In this document: one piece after another, positions 36,257-45,094 of the stretch
Layout of the letters: each line of letters opens with the position of its first letter
Position numbering within the stretch: position 1 is the stretch's first letter
Source of the DNA: a virus
DNA: 64,000 nucleotides
Strand: one strand, 5' to 3'
IMG/VR virus record: IMGVR_UViG_3300046472_000374
Notes under the pieces: generated by a model
What the model was told of the DNA's origin: nothing
What the model saw: the letters and a program-made list of their open reading frames with translations, nothing else
Databases searched by the model: none
Program-made: the position numbers and the translations under genes

Positions 36257-38124
36257 TACTGCGACACTCCCTGGATGTCCACCATCGGGTACTTCACCTC
36301 GAAGATCGAGTCCTGCGGGCAGTAGATGATCTCGTTCTGACGCTGGTGAGAGACGTCGAACCTCGTGGTGGAGTAGGGCAGGGTGATCTGACTGCCCGGC
36401 AGCGGAGCGTTTCCGATCACGTTGGTGAAGGTCAGCTCGTACACCGAGATGACTCCCTGGACCGCCTGCAGGTTGGCCGACAGCTCGGAGACCACGATGG
36501 GGTGACCGATCTGCTGCGAGTCGATGTCGAAGTAGTCCTGCACCACCGCGAGGCACTTGGCCAGCACCTCGGTCCGGTTCACCTTCGGGGAGACGGTCAC
36601 GCCGAACTTCACCCGCAGGTTGATGATCTTGGCGTCCAGGATGTTGATCCCGTCCGTGATCATCCGATACGGAGTCAGGTAGGTAGCGATGTTCGCCTTC
36701 AGGTTGGCGGACGCCAGCTGCAGGTGGTTGTCCGCGTCACGCGCCAGGACGTGAACGTCGATGGCGAGCGGGTTGATGCTGTCCCGGCGGACGTACACCT
36801 TGTCCGGCTTGCCGAACTTGGCCGGCAGGGTCAGGATGCGGGCGATATAGTCTTCCCTGGTGACGACGCGGTTCTGCGCCGCGAAGAAGGCGGCCGAGTT
36901 CGCCTTGACCTCTCCGATGGTCTCCTCCGGAGATCCACCGTCCGTCTTCTGGACGTTGATGCACTCCAGCGACTGGACCACGGCGCCCTTCTTGGTGGCG
37001 TCCAACGAGGTGGTCGAGAAGTCCAGCTCGGCGTTCGTGACCGTCTTGATGCTGCCGGCGATCACGTTCGTCTGCGGTCCGCCACCCACTCTATAGGAGA
37101 CGGTGAGCGTCGTGTTGTACGGGCTGAGTCCCAGAGTCTGGGTCTTCAGGAAGTTCTGCGGGTCGATCGCGAAGGAGGCGAAGGTCCGACGACCGGCCAG
37201 CGGTAGGGCGTAGTCGGCCAGGTTCGGGATGAGCTCGTCGTCGAAGTTGACGCCGTCACCCGAGCCGAAGATCAGGGAGGTGGTGCTGTCCGTCGGGTCT
37301 CGGTCGGTGACGTACCGACGGGGGACGGTAACCAGCTTGAGCAGGTAGGGCACGTCCGTGTTGTCGGTCAGGTCCGAGTTCACGTCGGCGTCGAACACCG
37401 CTTCCTGGGCCAGGTAGTCCACCTCGGTCCAGGGGTTCCCCTCGGAGTCATAGACAGAGAGGACCTCGATCACGTCCGGGTTGCTGAGCTTGATCTGGAG
37501 GAACTGCTCGAAGTTGGTGATCTTGAAGGTCTCGACGATCGTCTGACCGGCCGTGATCTCCATGTCCTTGCGGATGGCGTAGTGGGTCGGGAGTCCGGTC
37601 GCCGAGTCGAACTGGGAGCCGGTAACGAGACGGGGGTAGTCCGGGCTGGAGGCGCTGAAGACCACATCGTCCAGCGTCTCGAAGATGGTGTTGCTCGGTC
37701 CCTGGACCTGGGCACCGGCTCGGAGGATCGGGGCGAACGAGTCATCCGGGATGGACTGGCCGTTGACGGTGATGGCCGGGACCTCGACGAAGAACGTCTC
37801 CTTGCCTCGAGCGGCGCGCTTTCCCTGCGGACGGTAGCCGAGGGACTTGGCGAACGACACGACGTTCTCGATCTGCTGGGCCGACTCCTGCTTCACTTCC
37901 TCGAACTGCATGTCCTGGTAGAGCGAGAGGATGTCCCCGATGAACGCCTGGAGTTCCAGGATCGCCATACCGGGCGATGACTCGTTGTAGTCCTGGAAGA
38001 CGCCCGAGTGGTGCGCCTGCGAGAACTGCATGAGGTCGCGCTTGAACCCCTGGAAGTCCTTGTTCAGGTACTTGACAGTCTGGTCCTTGGTGAAGGCGGT
38101 CTTGTTCTGCTTCGGTGCCGGCAT
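36256..38124 (-). CDS. Baseplate wedge subunit (T4 gp6 / baseplate J-like)
   Basis: YLNKDFQGFKRDL, GMAILEL.AFIGDILSLY.D, AKSLGYRP, GGSPEET..EVK.N....FAAQNRVVTREDY. Confidence 0.85.
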   Translation of the reverse strand: MPAPKQNKTAFTKDQTVKYLNKDFQGFKRDLMQFSQAHHSGVFQDYNESSPGMAILELQAFIGDILSLYQDMQFEEVKQESAQQIENVVSFAKSLGYRPQGKRAARGKETFFVEVPAITVNGQSIPDDSFAPILRAGAQVQGPSNTIFETLDDVVFSASSPDYPRLVTGSQFDSATGLPTHYAIRKDMEITAGQTIVETFKITNFEQFLQIKLSNPDVIEVLSVYDSEGNPWTEVDYLAQEAVFDADVNSDLTDNTDVPYLLKLVTVPRRYVTDRDPTDSTTSLIFGSGDGVNFDDELIPNLADYALPLAGRRTFASFAIDPQNFLKTQTLGLSPYNTTLTVSYRVGGGPQTNVIAGSIKTVTNAELDFSTTSLDATKKGAVVQSLECINVQKTDGGSPEETIGEVKANSAAFFAAQNRVVTREDYIARILTLPAKFGKPDKVYVRRDSINPLAIDVHVLARDADNHLQLASANLKANIATYLTPYRMITDGINILDAKIINLRVKFGVTVSPKVNRTEVLAKCLAVVQDYFDIDSQQIGHPIVVSELSANLQAVQGVISVYELTFTNVIGNAPLPGSQITLPYSTTRFDVSHQRQNEIIYCPQDSIFEVKYPMVDIQGVSQ

Positions 38125-38129
38125 CTACT

Positions 38130-38537
38130 TTACCCTCCCCCGGGGCCGGGGACGACTTGGAACAGAGACGCCACGTTGGTCGGCTTGCTGACCAGGAAGA
38201 ACTTCATGGCGACCCCCACCCCGTTGGCTGGGACTCTCGAATCATCCTCGTGGAACGTGATCACCAGGTCCTGGAGCCTGACGAAAGGAAGCCACTTCTG
38301 GAGCTGGTCCACCACCCGGTCGGACATCTTCTGACGGAGCACGTCGTTCTTCAAGGGCTCGAAGAGGAACTCCACGAAGTTGCAGCCGAGGTGGAAATGC
38401 ATGGGCCTATCGCCCCAGTTCGTGACCAGGAGCGACTTGATGTTCTGCTTGGCCGCTTCTACCTCGTCGTCCGTGAAGGCGAGAACGCCCAGCGAACCGG
38501 TAGACTGCGTGAAGGGAACTGTCAATCCAATAGGCAT
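38130..38537 (-). CDS. Baseplate wedge subunit (T4 gp25-like)
   Basis: KQNIKSLLVTNWGDRPMHFHLGCN...LFEP; start placed at MPIGL (38537). Confidence 0.85.
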   Translation of the reverse strand: MPIGLTVPFTQSTGSLGVLAFTDDEVEAAKQNIKSLLVTNWGDRPMHFHLGCNFVEFLFEPLKNDVLRQKMSDRVVDQLQKWLPFVRLQDLVITFHEDDSRVPANGVGVAMKFFLVSKPTNVASLFQVVPGPGGG

Positions 38538-38544
38538 CTTAGTC

Positions 38545-39063
38545 TTAAGCCGGTACACCCGTTGCCAGCGGCAGCGTCGTCGGAGTTGGCGACGGTGGGA
38601 CTGGCACCAGAATGTAGATCAGCTGGTTTGTAGCTTTAAATAGAACGCCCGCAATCTTATCTGCCACATCGTCCAAAGAAGGTTCCTGTCCCTTCTTCGC
38701 GAAGTCCAGCATGATCTGGGCCATGTCGGCTGGTATCGTGGCTCCAGCGGTGGCGGAGGTGGGACCCATGAGCCCCGAGGTGGTGGCCGGGACGGTGACC
38801 GTAGAACCTGTCCAGTAGGAAATGAAGCCCGGTCCCCACCCCGCGAACATCGGAGCGGAGAGAGCGGACTTCAGAGCGGACTTCTGGACGACTGGGCTGA
38901 AGGCCTTGAGGGGAAGCATTGCCCAATCGTCGTAGGCAGTTGCCAGGGCGTCGCAGGACTCGTCGTTCGGAACGGGAGCCGTCGAGCTCTTGTCCTTGGA
39001 ATCCTTGAGCTTTTGGAGGGCATCCTTGATCTTGGACTTGAGATCTGCCTGTACGTACGGCAT
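38545..39063 (-). CDS. Hypothetical baseplate-module protein
   Basis: 172-aa ORF between spike and gp25-like genes; LATAYDDW motif. Confidence 0.5.
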   Translation of the reverse strand: MPYVQADLKSKIKDALQKLKDSKDKSSTAPVPNDESCDALATAYDDWAMLPLKAFSPVVQKSALKSALSAPMFAGWGPGFISYWTGSTVTVPATTSGLMGPTSATAGATIPADMAQIMLDFAKKGQEPSLDDVADKIAGVLFKATNQLIYILVPVPPSPTPTTLPLATGVPA

Positions 39064-39833
39064 TAGGGAATCACGATCTCTGGCTTGTTGGAAGCTCCCG
39101 TCGAGGCAAGTTGGTCCTTCTGGGGCTTCAGTGGCTCGAGCGGAGGACCAGAAGGACCGACGCCGGTCGGATGCTTGTGGTTGTCGAACTTGTCGAGGAA
39201 AGCCTCGGCCTGAAGGATGTGGTTGGCGGCGCCCTCGGACAGCTCGATCTTGCCAGACTTGTCCACGTCGATGGTGACCTTCTTCCCGCCGCCGTCGATG
39301 ACGACCTTGGCGGCAGAGCCGATCTTCATCGTGGTCTTGTCCTTCTCGACCTTGATGTAGTTCTTTCCGTCCGCGATGCTGATGATGGCCGAGTCCTTGT
39401 CGACGAACACGAAGTTCGTGCTGTCCTCGATCACGATCATGGCGTTCTTGCGGAACATGACCCGGACGTTGTCGGACTTCATGACGCCAGCCGGGACGTC
39501 GTTGTCCTTGGGGACCTTGGCGTCGCCCTTGGTGGAGATGTTCAGGTTGTCGTCGAGCTTGGTCTTCATGGCCAAGTACAGGAACGACATGTCCTTGGAG
39601 AAGTCCGGATCCCCGTTCTTGTCCTTGCGACCGGCGACCAGGTGGGCCACTCCGGTGCCCTTCCCCTTTCCGCCATCGTCGACGGTTCCAAGCCCGTCGT
39701 CGACCGTGGCCGGACCGTTCTTGGCACGATCGCGACCGAGGATCAGTGAACTGTTGTTGGAACCGTGGACGGCGTAGTCACCGACACGGACCTGAAACGG
39801 AGGGACGTCCTCCTCGACCATGTCGTAGGACAT
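39063..39833 (-). CDS. Central spike C-terminal part (gp5/gpV-like beta-helix with HxH tip)
   Basis: Repetitive beta-strand segment (VIIEDSTNFVFVDKDSAIISIADGKNYIKVEK) ending FDNHKHPTGVGPSGPP. Confidence 0.7.
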   Translation of the reverse strand: MSYDMVEEDVPPFQVRVGDYAVHGSNNSSLILGRDRAKNGPATVDDGLGTVDDGGKGKGTGVAHLVAGRKDKNGDPDFSKDMSFLYLAMKTKLDDNLNISTKGDAKVPKDNDVPAGVMKSDNVRVMFRKNAMIVIEDSTNFVFVDKDSAIISIADGKNYIKVEKDKTTMKIGSAAKVVIDGGGKKVTIDVDKSGKIELSEGAANHILQAEAFLDKFDNHKHPTGVGPSGPPLEPLKPQKDQLASTGASNKPEIVIP

Positions 39834-40483
39834 TAGCCCCCGCCCTTGGTGTCATCGAACTTGTCGGCGAGGCGACCGTCCTTGATCCCGGACATACTGG
39901 CCTCGAGCTCGGTGTTGTACTTCGGACCGTCTCCGCTGCCTGCTCCCGCCGTGTCGTCGAACTTGGAGGCCAGTGTGTCATCGTCGTCCGTCTTGTAGGT
40001 GGACTGGCCGGACTTGAAGTTGACACCCTCGTGCCCCGGCATCTTGCCCACCCACAGGCCGTGTGTCATGTCACGGTCCTCAAACAGGACGTACACATGC
40101 TCACCGGGCTTGATGGGGACGCTGACGTGTTCCGGGAAAAAGGGCCAGAACACTCGGAGGTTCTGATCTGAGAAGAACTGGTCTCGACCGCCTGTCAGCA
40201 GCCTGGCCTTGATGGAGTTCTTGGGATTGAGCGGGCCGACCTGTGCCTTGACGTCGACCGACTGACCGTTGGGAAGGACGTGCTTGACCTTGTCGTTGTT
40301 GCCTGGCTGCGGACTCTCGAGCTTGCCGCCTACCACATCGACGGCAACGACGAGCGCACGATACAGGACCGGTGCGGCCTCGCCGTGTTCCACCAGCTCG
40401 CCACGCATGTACTTCTGCAGGAGCTCTGCGAGAAATACTTCCGGGCGCCGGTAGTAGTCATTATACTGTGGTTGACGTGGCAT
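39833..40483 (-). CDS. Spike/hub N-terminal OB-fold-like protein (gp5-N-like)
   Basis: SIKARLL...WPFFP...VPIKPGEHVYVLFED, typical of gp5/gpV OB folds; adjacent to spike gene. Confidence 0.6.
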   Translation of the reverse strand: MPRQPQYNDYYRRPEVFLAELLQKYMRGELVEHGEAAPVLYRALVVAVDVVGGKLESPQPGNNDKVKHVLPNGQSVDVKAQVGPLNPKNSIKARLLTGGRDQFFSDQNLRVFWPFFPEHVSVPIKPGEHVYVLFEDRDMTHGLWVGKMPGHEGVNFKSGQSTYKTDDDDTLASKFDDTAGAGSGDGPKYNTELEASMSGIKDGRLADKFDDTKGGG

Positions 40484-40670
40484 CCTTTCCGGGATCGAGA
40501 TCGATCCCCCTCTTCTTCATTTCCTCGACGACCGTCGCAGCCTCGAAGCGATCGTCCGAGATCTTCTTGAGCATGGGCGCGACGTACTTGAGATTGTAGT
40601 CCAGGCGCTTCAGGAGCGCGTCCAGGCGCACCCTCAGTTCGTCGTCACTTGTCTTGCTGAAATCCGCCAT
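40461..40670 (-). CDS. Small coiled-coil hypothetical protein
   Basis: 69-aa ORF coupled to neighbours. Confidence 0.5.
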   Translation of the reverse strand: MADFSKTSDDELRVRLDALLKRLDYNLKYVAPMLKKISDDRFEAATVVEEMKKRGIDLDPGKDATSTTV

Positions 40671-41002
40671 CAGTTGCTCCCGTCGTCTTCCGCTTCCTCT
40701 CCTTCGATCTCATCGAACATGGTGTCCGCCTCGTCCTCGTCGAAGCCCTCACCCTTTCCCTTGGTGACGGACTCCTTCTTGGCACGTAGCTTCGCCAGCT
40801 CGATGAGCAGGGAGTTGTTCTTGGTGAGTTCGCCCGTGAGCCGGGCGAAGGATTCTGCGAGGGCGATCTTGGCGAGTGGGTCGACGTCTTCGCCGACAGA
40901 GATGGCCTTGTTCAGGAGTTCGGTGAACTCCTTGATCTTGGCACGATCCTCCCCTAGGTTGCCGTGCGCCTCGTCGATGAGATCTTCGGATTGCTTTGAC
41001 AC
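40670..41002 (-). CDS. Helical hypothetical protein (possible gp16-like small terminase)
   Basis: Two-helix pattern ending LTKNNSLLIELAKL with acidic tail; similarity to T4 gp16 judged only by eye. Confidence 0.4.
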   Translation of the reverse strand: MSKQSEDLIDEAHGNLGEDRAKIKEFTELLNKAISVGEDVDPLAKIALAESFARLTGELTKNNSLLIELAKLRAKKESVTKGKGEGFDEDEADTMFDEIEGEEAEDDGSN

Positions 41003-41679
41003 TCTTCACTTTCTCCGGTAGACAAGTACCTGTCCTTCCACTCGTTGAACAGGCCCTTGATCTTCTTCAGGTTCACCACGACCTGCTTGGTGTTCAGCCC
41101 GGTCATCTCCCGGAGGTACAGGTAGACGGCCTTCTTGTTGTAAATAGTGACTAGATCTGAGTTTCGCATGAGGAAGATGACTGCTTCGAGAACCTGGGTC
41201 TCGGTCTTCTTCGTAAGCTTCTTCCTCCAGGACTCCAACTCCTTGTAGAAGGCGACCCAGAACTCACGTTCCTCGACCTTGTCCTCGTGGGGAGAGAGAG
41301 TGAAGTTGGGGTCGGAGCGGACCATCTCGTGGTCGAGATCATAGTACAGGTCCGACTCGAGCCGGTTGCGCTTGTTCTTCTCACGGGTCTTCTGGATGAA
41401 CCAGTTCTTCGCGATGACGTTGAAGTACGAGAATCCCTTGGTCCCCTTGTTCGGATCGAACTTCGGGATCATCTCGTACAGGTTCGCCAGGCAGTCCTTC
41501 TTCAAGGTCTCGACGTCGTCGATGCTGAAGAAGCCGTACACGTAGATCAGGTTCTCCACCAGCTTCTCGAAAGCCGGGCGGATGTGTACGTCGAAGACCT
41601 CGTGCTTCTCCTCGACCACCGTCGAATTGATGAACTTCGCGAGGTACTCGTCCGTCTGCTTCGTGAAATACTGGGCCAT
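40954..41679 (-). CDS. Phage sigma factor, T4 gp55-like (putative late sigma)
   Basis: LKKDCLANLYEMIPKFDPNKGTKGFSYFNVIAKNWFIQ resembles sigma region 2 of gp55-like factors; C-terminal HTH-like YLYLREMTGLNTKQV. Confidence 0.7.
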   Translation of the reverse strand: MAQYFTKQTDEYLAKFINSTVVEEKHEVFDVHIRPAFEKLVENLIYVYGFFSIDDVETLKKDCLANLYEMIPKFDPNKGTKGFSYFNVIAKNWFIQKTREKNKRNRLESDLYYDLDHEMVRSDPNFTLSPHEDKVEEREFWVAFYKELESWRKKLTKKTETQVLEAVIFLMRNSDLVTIYNKKAVYLYLREMTGLNTKQVVVNLKKIKGLFNEWKDRYLSTGESEECQSNPKISSTRRTAT

Positions 41680-41690
41680 CGTGGACCTTT

Positions 41691-42020
41691 CTAGCCTACC
41701 GCTACGGGTGGCTTCGGAACCGTGAGCTTTCGGACCTTCGTCCCTGTAAGTTCTTCGAAGCGACTGAGGTACTCGTCGAGCCGTGCCGACATGGTCGCCA
41801 TGTTCTTGTTGGCGTCCATGATCTCTGGCGCGTTGGACAGCACCGGAGTGTTGGTCAGCTCATCGAAGTACCTGACGTTGGTCTCCACGTCGTCGACCAG
41901 GTAGTTCACCAGATCGTCGAACTGGAGGAGCTTCTGGCTCGCTCGGACCAGAAGCCAGGACGCGACGGCACCGTATGCAACCGCGAGTCCCAACAGGATT
42001 CCCAAAACTACACCGATCAT
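41691..42020 (-). CDS. Membrane-anchored coiled-coil hypothetical protein
   Basis: N-terminal hydrophobic helix MIGVVLGILLGLAVAYGAVASWLLV; ATGA overlap with the upstream gene. Confidence 0.55.
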   Translation of the reverse strand: MIGVVLGILLGLAVAYGAVASWLLVRASQKLLQFDDLVNYLVDDVETNVRYFDELTNTPVLSNAPEIMDANKNMATMSARLDEYLSRFEELTGTKVRKLTVPKPPVAVG

Positions 42021-42208
42021 CTGCCTCTTCCTTTCGAGTACCCGTCCTTGGCCCACCCGCCGCCCTGGAGGGCGAAGGAGGTGGACTGGATCACGCGGTA
42101 CATGTTCTCCCCGCATGAAGGACAAGGGTACCCCGGCTTGTCCTTGATGGACTGGACGACCTCCATCGTCTGTTGACAGGGGTCACAGCCGTAGATGTAC
42201 GTGGGCAT
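42017..42208 (-). CDS. FmdB-family zinc-ribbon protein
   Basis: MPTYIYGCDPC...CPSCG...F..QGGGWAKDGY matches the MPxYxYxC..C / CP.CG family pattern. Confidence 0.85.
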   Translation of the reverse strand: MPTYIYGCDPCQQTMEVVQSIKDKPGYPCPSCGENMYRVIQSTSFALQGGGWAKDGYSKGRGR

Positions 42209-42393
42209 CAGTAGAGGTCCGGGTCGGAGTCCCTACGATCCACGTACGCCTGGGTCAGCTCGATCGTGCCGTCCGACGGATCGTCGAGCTCGATGTCCCG
42301 AAGCTGCTGGGAGATGTCGATCCCCTGCGTCAGTCCCCGCTGGACGATCGCCACGATCTCCACCAGGACCGTCTTTCCAAGTTTCAGCGCCAT
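42208..42393 (-). CDS. Small hypothetical protein
   Basis: 61 aa; AAGGAGGAG SD and TGTGATATAAT upstream. Confidence 0.6.
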   Translation of the reverse strand: MALKLGKTVLVEIVAIVQRGLTQGIDISQQLRDIELDDPSDGTIELTQAYVDRRDSDPDLY

Positions 42394-42413
42394 GTACTCC
42401 TCCTTACAGTTCC

Positions 42414-42424
42414 ATTATATCACA
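42414..42424 (-). promoter_or_regulatory. Sigma70-type extended -10 promoter TGTGATATAAT
   Basis: Perfect TGn-TATAAT 20 nt before ATG 42393, overlapping the upstream TGA stop. Confidence 0.65.
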
Positions 42425-43346
42425 GGTAGGCGACAGATGTACCAAACTTTTGGACCACCTGCGCTGCTGCCGAGTTCGCAAACTTCACTGCCGATCGGAC
42501 GTCCCGAGTCTTCAGCGCACAGAAGGCCATGGCGGCCGTGTGGGTGTCCCCACAGCCGGTCACATCCTTGACCATCGCTTGAATCACTGGGAACTCCTCG
42601 GAGTGATTCACGTAGGAATCCCCGATGATCCTACCAGGGGCCAGGTCCGCCTTCACCGTCTTGGCGTGGTCACACATGATGAGGGTCGCACCCTCACTAC
42701 CGCGGGTGACCACCACGTACTGGAAGAACTCGGTGAAGTTGGTGTAGAGCTTGCTGGAGACCTGGGAGGAGTACTCCTTCTCGTTCACCTTCAGGATGTT
42801 GATCCCGTCGAAGATCCGGAGGTCCTCTCGCTTGGAGTCCACGATCGTCATGGGCGCCAGCTTCCTGAAAACCTCCATGACCTTCGGGGTGATGGTCCCC
42901 TTGTCGTAGTCGGAGAAGATGACGCAGTCGAAGCTCTGCTCCCAGTAGTCCATCATCATCTCGAAGAACTCTACCTCGGGCTGGTCGAACTTCCTGAAGT
43001 TGTCGAGACGCATGACGAAGTTGTTGTTCTCGTCCACGAACCGACGCTTGACCATCGTCTCATGCCCAAGCATCCGGTCGTGCTTGATCCCAAGCTCGCG
43101 CAGACGATGGATGACCACCAACGATCCGCAGATGCCGGCGAGGTGCACTTCCACTTCCGCTCCTCCGAGCGCCTTCAGGTTGTGAGCCACGTTGGCCGCC
43201 CCACCGAGACGGTACTCCTGGCGCAGCTCATCCCAGACGGGGATCTTGGCCTCCTCGGCCTGTCGCACCGTCTTGACGTACGTGTACTGGTCGAGCATGA
43301 TGTCCCCGACCACGAGAACCTTGTAGACCTTGTCAGGAGATTCCAC
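42420..43346 (-). CDS. PfkB sugar kinase, HldE/RfaE domain I-like (kinase 1)
   Basis: VLVVGDIMLD, RLGGAANVAHNL, SDYDKG, VTRGSEG, DVTGCGDT. Confidence 0.9.
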   Translation of the reverse strand: MESPDKVYKVLVVGDIMLDQYTYVKTVRQAEEAKIPVWDELRQEYRLGGAANVAHNLKALGGAEVEVHLAGICGSLVVIHRLRELGIKHDRMLGHETMVKRRFVDENNNFVMRLDNFRKFDQPEVEFFEMMMDYWEQSFDCVIFSDYDKGTITPKVMEVFRKLAPMTIVDSKREDLRIFDGINILKVNEKEYSSQVSSKLYTNFTEFFQYVVVTRGSEGATLIMCDHAKTVKADLAPGRIIGDSYVNHSEEFPVIQAMVKDVTGCGDTHTAAMAFCALKTRDVRSAVKFANSAAAQVVQKFGTSVAYL

Positions 43347-43824
43347 GGATCTTCTCCACGATGTTGGAGGTCGAGTTGCCGTCCAGGAACGGACAGGTCA
43401 CGACCAGGGCGAGATCAGAGCCTACCACCGTCTTGGGATCATAGTCTCCACCCTTGACGATCACATGCGGCTGCAGCGCTCTGATGAGCTCGTAGGGTGT
43501 GTCTTCCTCGAACGTAATGACGTGGTCGACCATCCTGAGATGGATGAGCAGGAGGGCGCGGGTGTGCTCATCCTGGATCGGGCGGTCCTGTCCCTTCAGG
43601 CGCTTGATCCCCTCGTCGGAGTTCAGACCTACCACCACGGTTCCCCGGGCTCCCGCCACGCTCCTGGCGTAGTTCAGGACGTCGAGGTGCCCACGGTGGA
43701 GGAGGTCGAAGCAGCCGTTGGTGAAGACGATTCGATCGTACCCCGTCTCGGGAAACAGGTACAGCCCGGCCTCCCTGATGGACCGGGCGAACCGTTCGTA
43801 TGTCTCAGACGCCTGCGAATTCAT
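43333..43824 (-). CDS. Heptose-1-phosphate nucleotidyltransferase, HldE/RfaE domain II-like
   Basis: VFTNGCFDLLHRGH, VVGLNSDE.IKRLKG..RPI, KGGDY, FLDGNSTS. Confidence 0.92.
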   Translation of the reverse strand: MNSQASETYERFARSIREAGLYLFPETGYDRIVFTNGCFDLLHRGHLDVLNYARSVAGARGTVVVGLNSDEGIKRLKGQDRPIQDEHTRALLLIHLRMVDHVITFEEDTPYELIRALQPHVIVKGGDYDPKTVVGSDLALVVTCPFLDGNSTSNIVEKIRGIS

Positions 43825-44152
43825 CCGGCCTCAGACTCCTGTCGTCGACGTACCTGTCACCCGGGGGCTTCCCGAAGATCAGCTCGTGGAACCACACTCC
43901 GTTGTCGATCAGCCAGTCCCGAGTCTTTTCTTCGTAGAGCTCGATGATCTTCTTCACGTCACCGTTGTGGGTTCGCATTCCACGAGCCGTGTGAATGGTG
44001 ACGTGCCACCCCTCGTCATAGCAGCGGTTGACCCGGGCGATGACGTCCTTCTTCGGCTGGGCGGTCCAATAGGCGTCACCCCCTGCGGTCTGTTCGCAGA
44101 GGGTGCCGTCGAGGTCCATCACCAGACGTCGGTCGTGAAAGGGATCATTCAT
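43805..44152 (-). CDS. Small HAD phosphatase (capsule-biosynthesis phosphatase type)
   Basis: MDLDGT, HTARG, FGKP...YVDD. Confidence 0.85.
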   Translation of the reverse strand: MNDPFHDRRLVMDLDGTLCEQTAGGDAYWTAQPKKDVIARVNRCYDEGWHVTIHTARGMRTHNGDVKKIIELYEEKTRDWLIDNGVWFHELIFGKPPGDRYVDDRSLRPDEFAGV

Positions 44153-45092
44153 CGATGACCGCACGATCCTTCATCTTCTCCCAGTCGTGGTCCTCCCGGA
44201 TCTCGTTGTTCCGGTCGATCACGGCGGTGAAGAGCTTCTCGGGAACGCCCTGCTGACGGCAGACGTTCCGGAGGTTGTTGATGTCCTTCGGGAAGCAGTG
44301 GCCTCCCGCGCCCAGAGAACCGTCGTGACCGGGGACGTAGGTGTGACTCACCCCGATCCGGAAGTCCAGCGTCGCCAGGGTGCGGACCTCCTCGTAGTCG
44401 ATGCCCATCTTCTGGCAGAGCTGGTACATCTCGTTGCAGAAGAGGACCTTCGTCATCAGGATGCCGTTGGTGAAGAGCTTCGCCATCTCGGCTTCCTTCG
44501 ACTCGCAGCCGACGATGACGACCTGGTTCATGAGGATCTTCTCGTAGAGCCGAGCCTCGAAGAACTTGAAGGCGACGCGCCCGTCCTCCGTGTCACCACC
44601 CAGGAGGACGCGGTTCGTGTTCTCGAAGTCGGCCACCGAGTTCTTCTCCGTGAGGAACTCGGGAGAGAAGAGCAGCCTGATCGGCATCTTCTTCCGCATC
44701 TCGTCGGTGAAGCCCGGATAGACCGTGCTCTTGACGACGACGACGAATGAGCTCGGGCTTCTTCCCTGACGCTCTGCCTCGTTCAAGATGTCCTTGAGCA
44801 CCGACTCCACGATGCCCGTGTGGCAGGAGCCGTCCTTGCGCATCGGGGTGGGCACGCAGACGAAGATGATCTCCGCCTTCCCGACCACGTCGGCCAGGGT
44901 GTCCATCTCGGGCTTGGCCTTGTCGAAGACCTTGACGTCGAAGAGCTGCGCGGGGTTCCCCTTCTCGTCCGTCTTCCAGCGGAAGAACTGCTCGACGGCG
45001 CGCCCGACGTACCCATAGCCAACCACTCCGACCGTTCCCTTGGTGGAATCGAACTTGGCTACGAAATCGGTAGCGTTGATGTCAATGCTCAT
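44145..45092 (-). CDS. UDP-glucose/GDP-mannose 6-dehydrogenase family, lacking C-terminal domain
   Basis: GVVGYGYVG, FVCVPTP, KSTVYPG, SPEFL, GGHCFPKD; ends ~30 aa after the catalytic Cys. Confidence 0.85.
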   Translation of the reverse strand: MSIDINATDFVAKFDSTKGTVGVVGYGYVGRAVEQFFRWKTDEKGNPAQLFDVKVFDKAKPEMDTLADVVGKAEIIFVCVPTPMRKDGSCHTGIVESVLKDILNEAERQGRSPSSFVVVVKSTVYPGFTDEMRKKMPIRLLFSPEFLTEKNSVADFENTNRVLLGGDTEDGRVAFKFFEARLYEKILMNQVVIVGCESKEAEMAKLFTNGILMTKVLFCNEMYQLCQKMGIDYEEVRTLATLDFRIGVSHTYVPGHDGSLGAGGHCFPKDINNLRNVCRQQGVPEKLFTAVIDRNNEIREDHDWEKMKDRAVIDE

Positions 45093-45094
45093 GC

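Noticed and set aside
40460-40465. TATAAT inside the 5' end of the gp5-N-like gene
   Set aside because: No TG extension or -35 and no nearby downstream start; explained by codons CAG TAT AAT.
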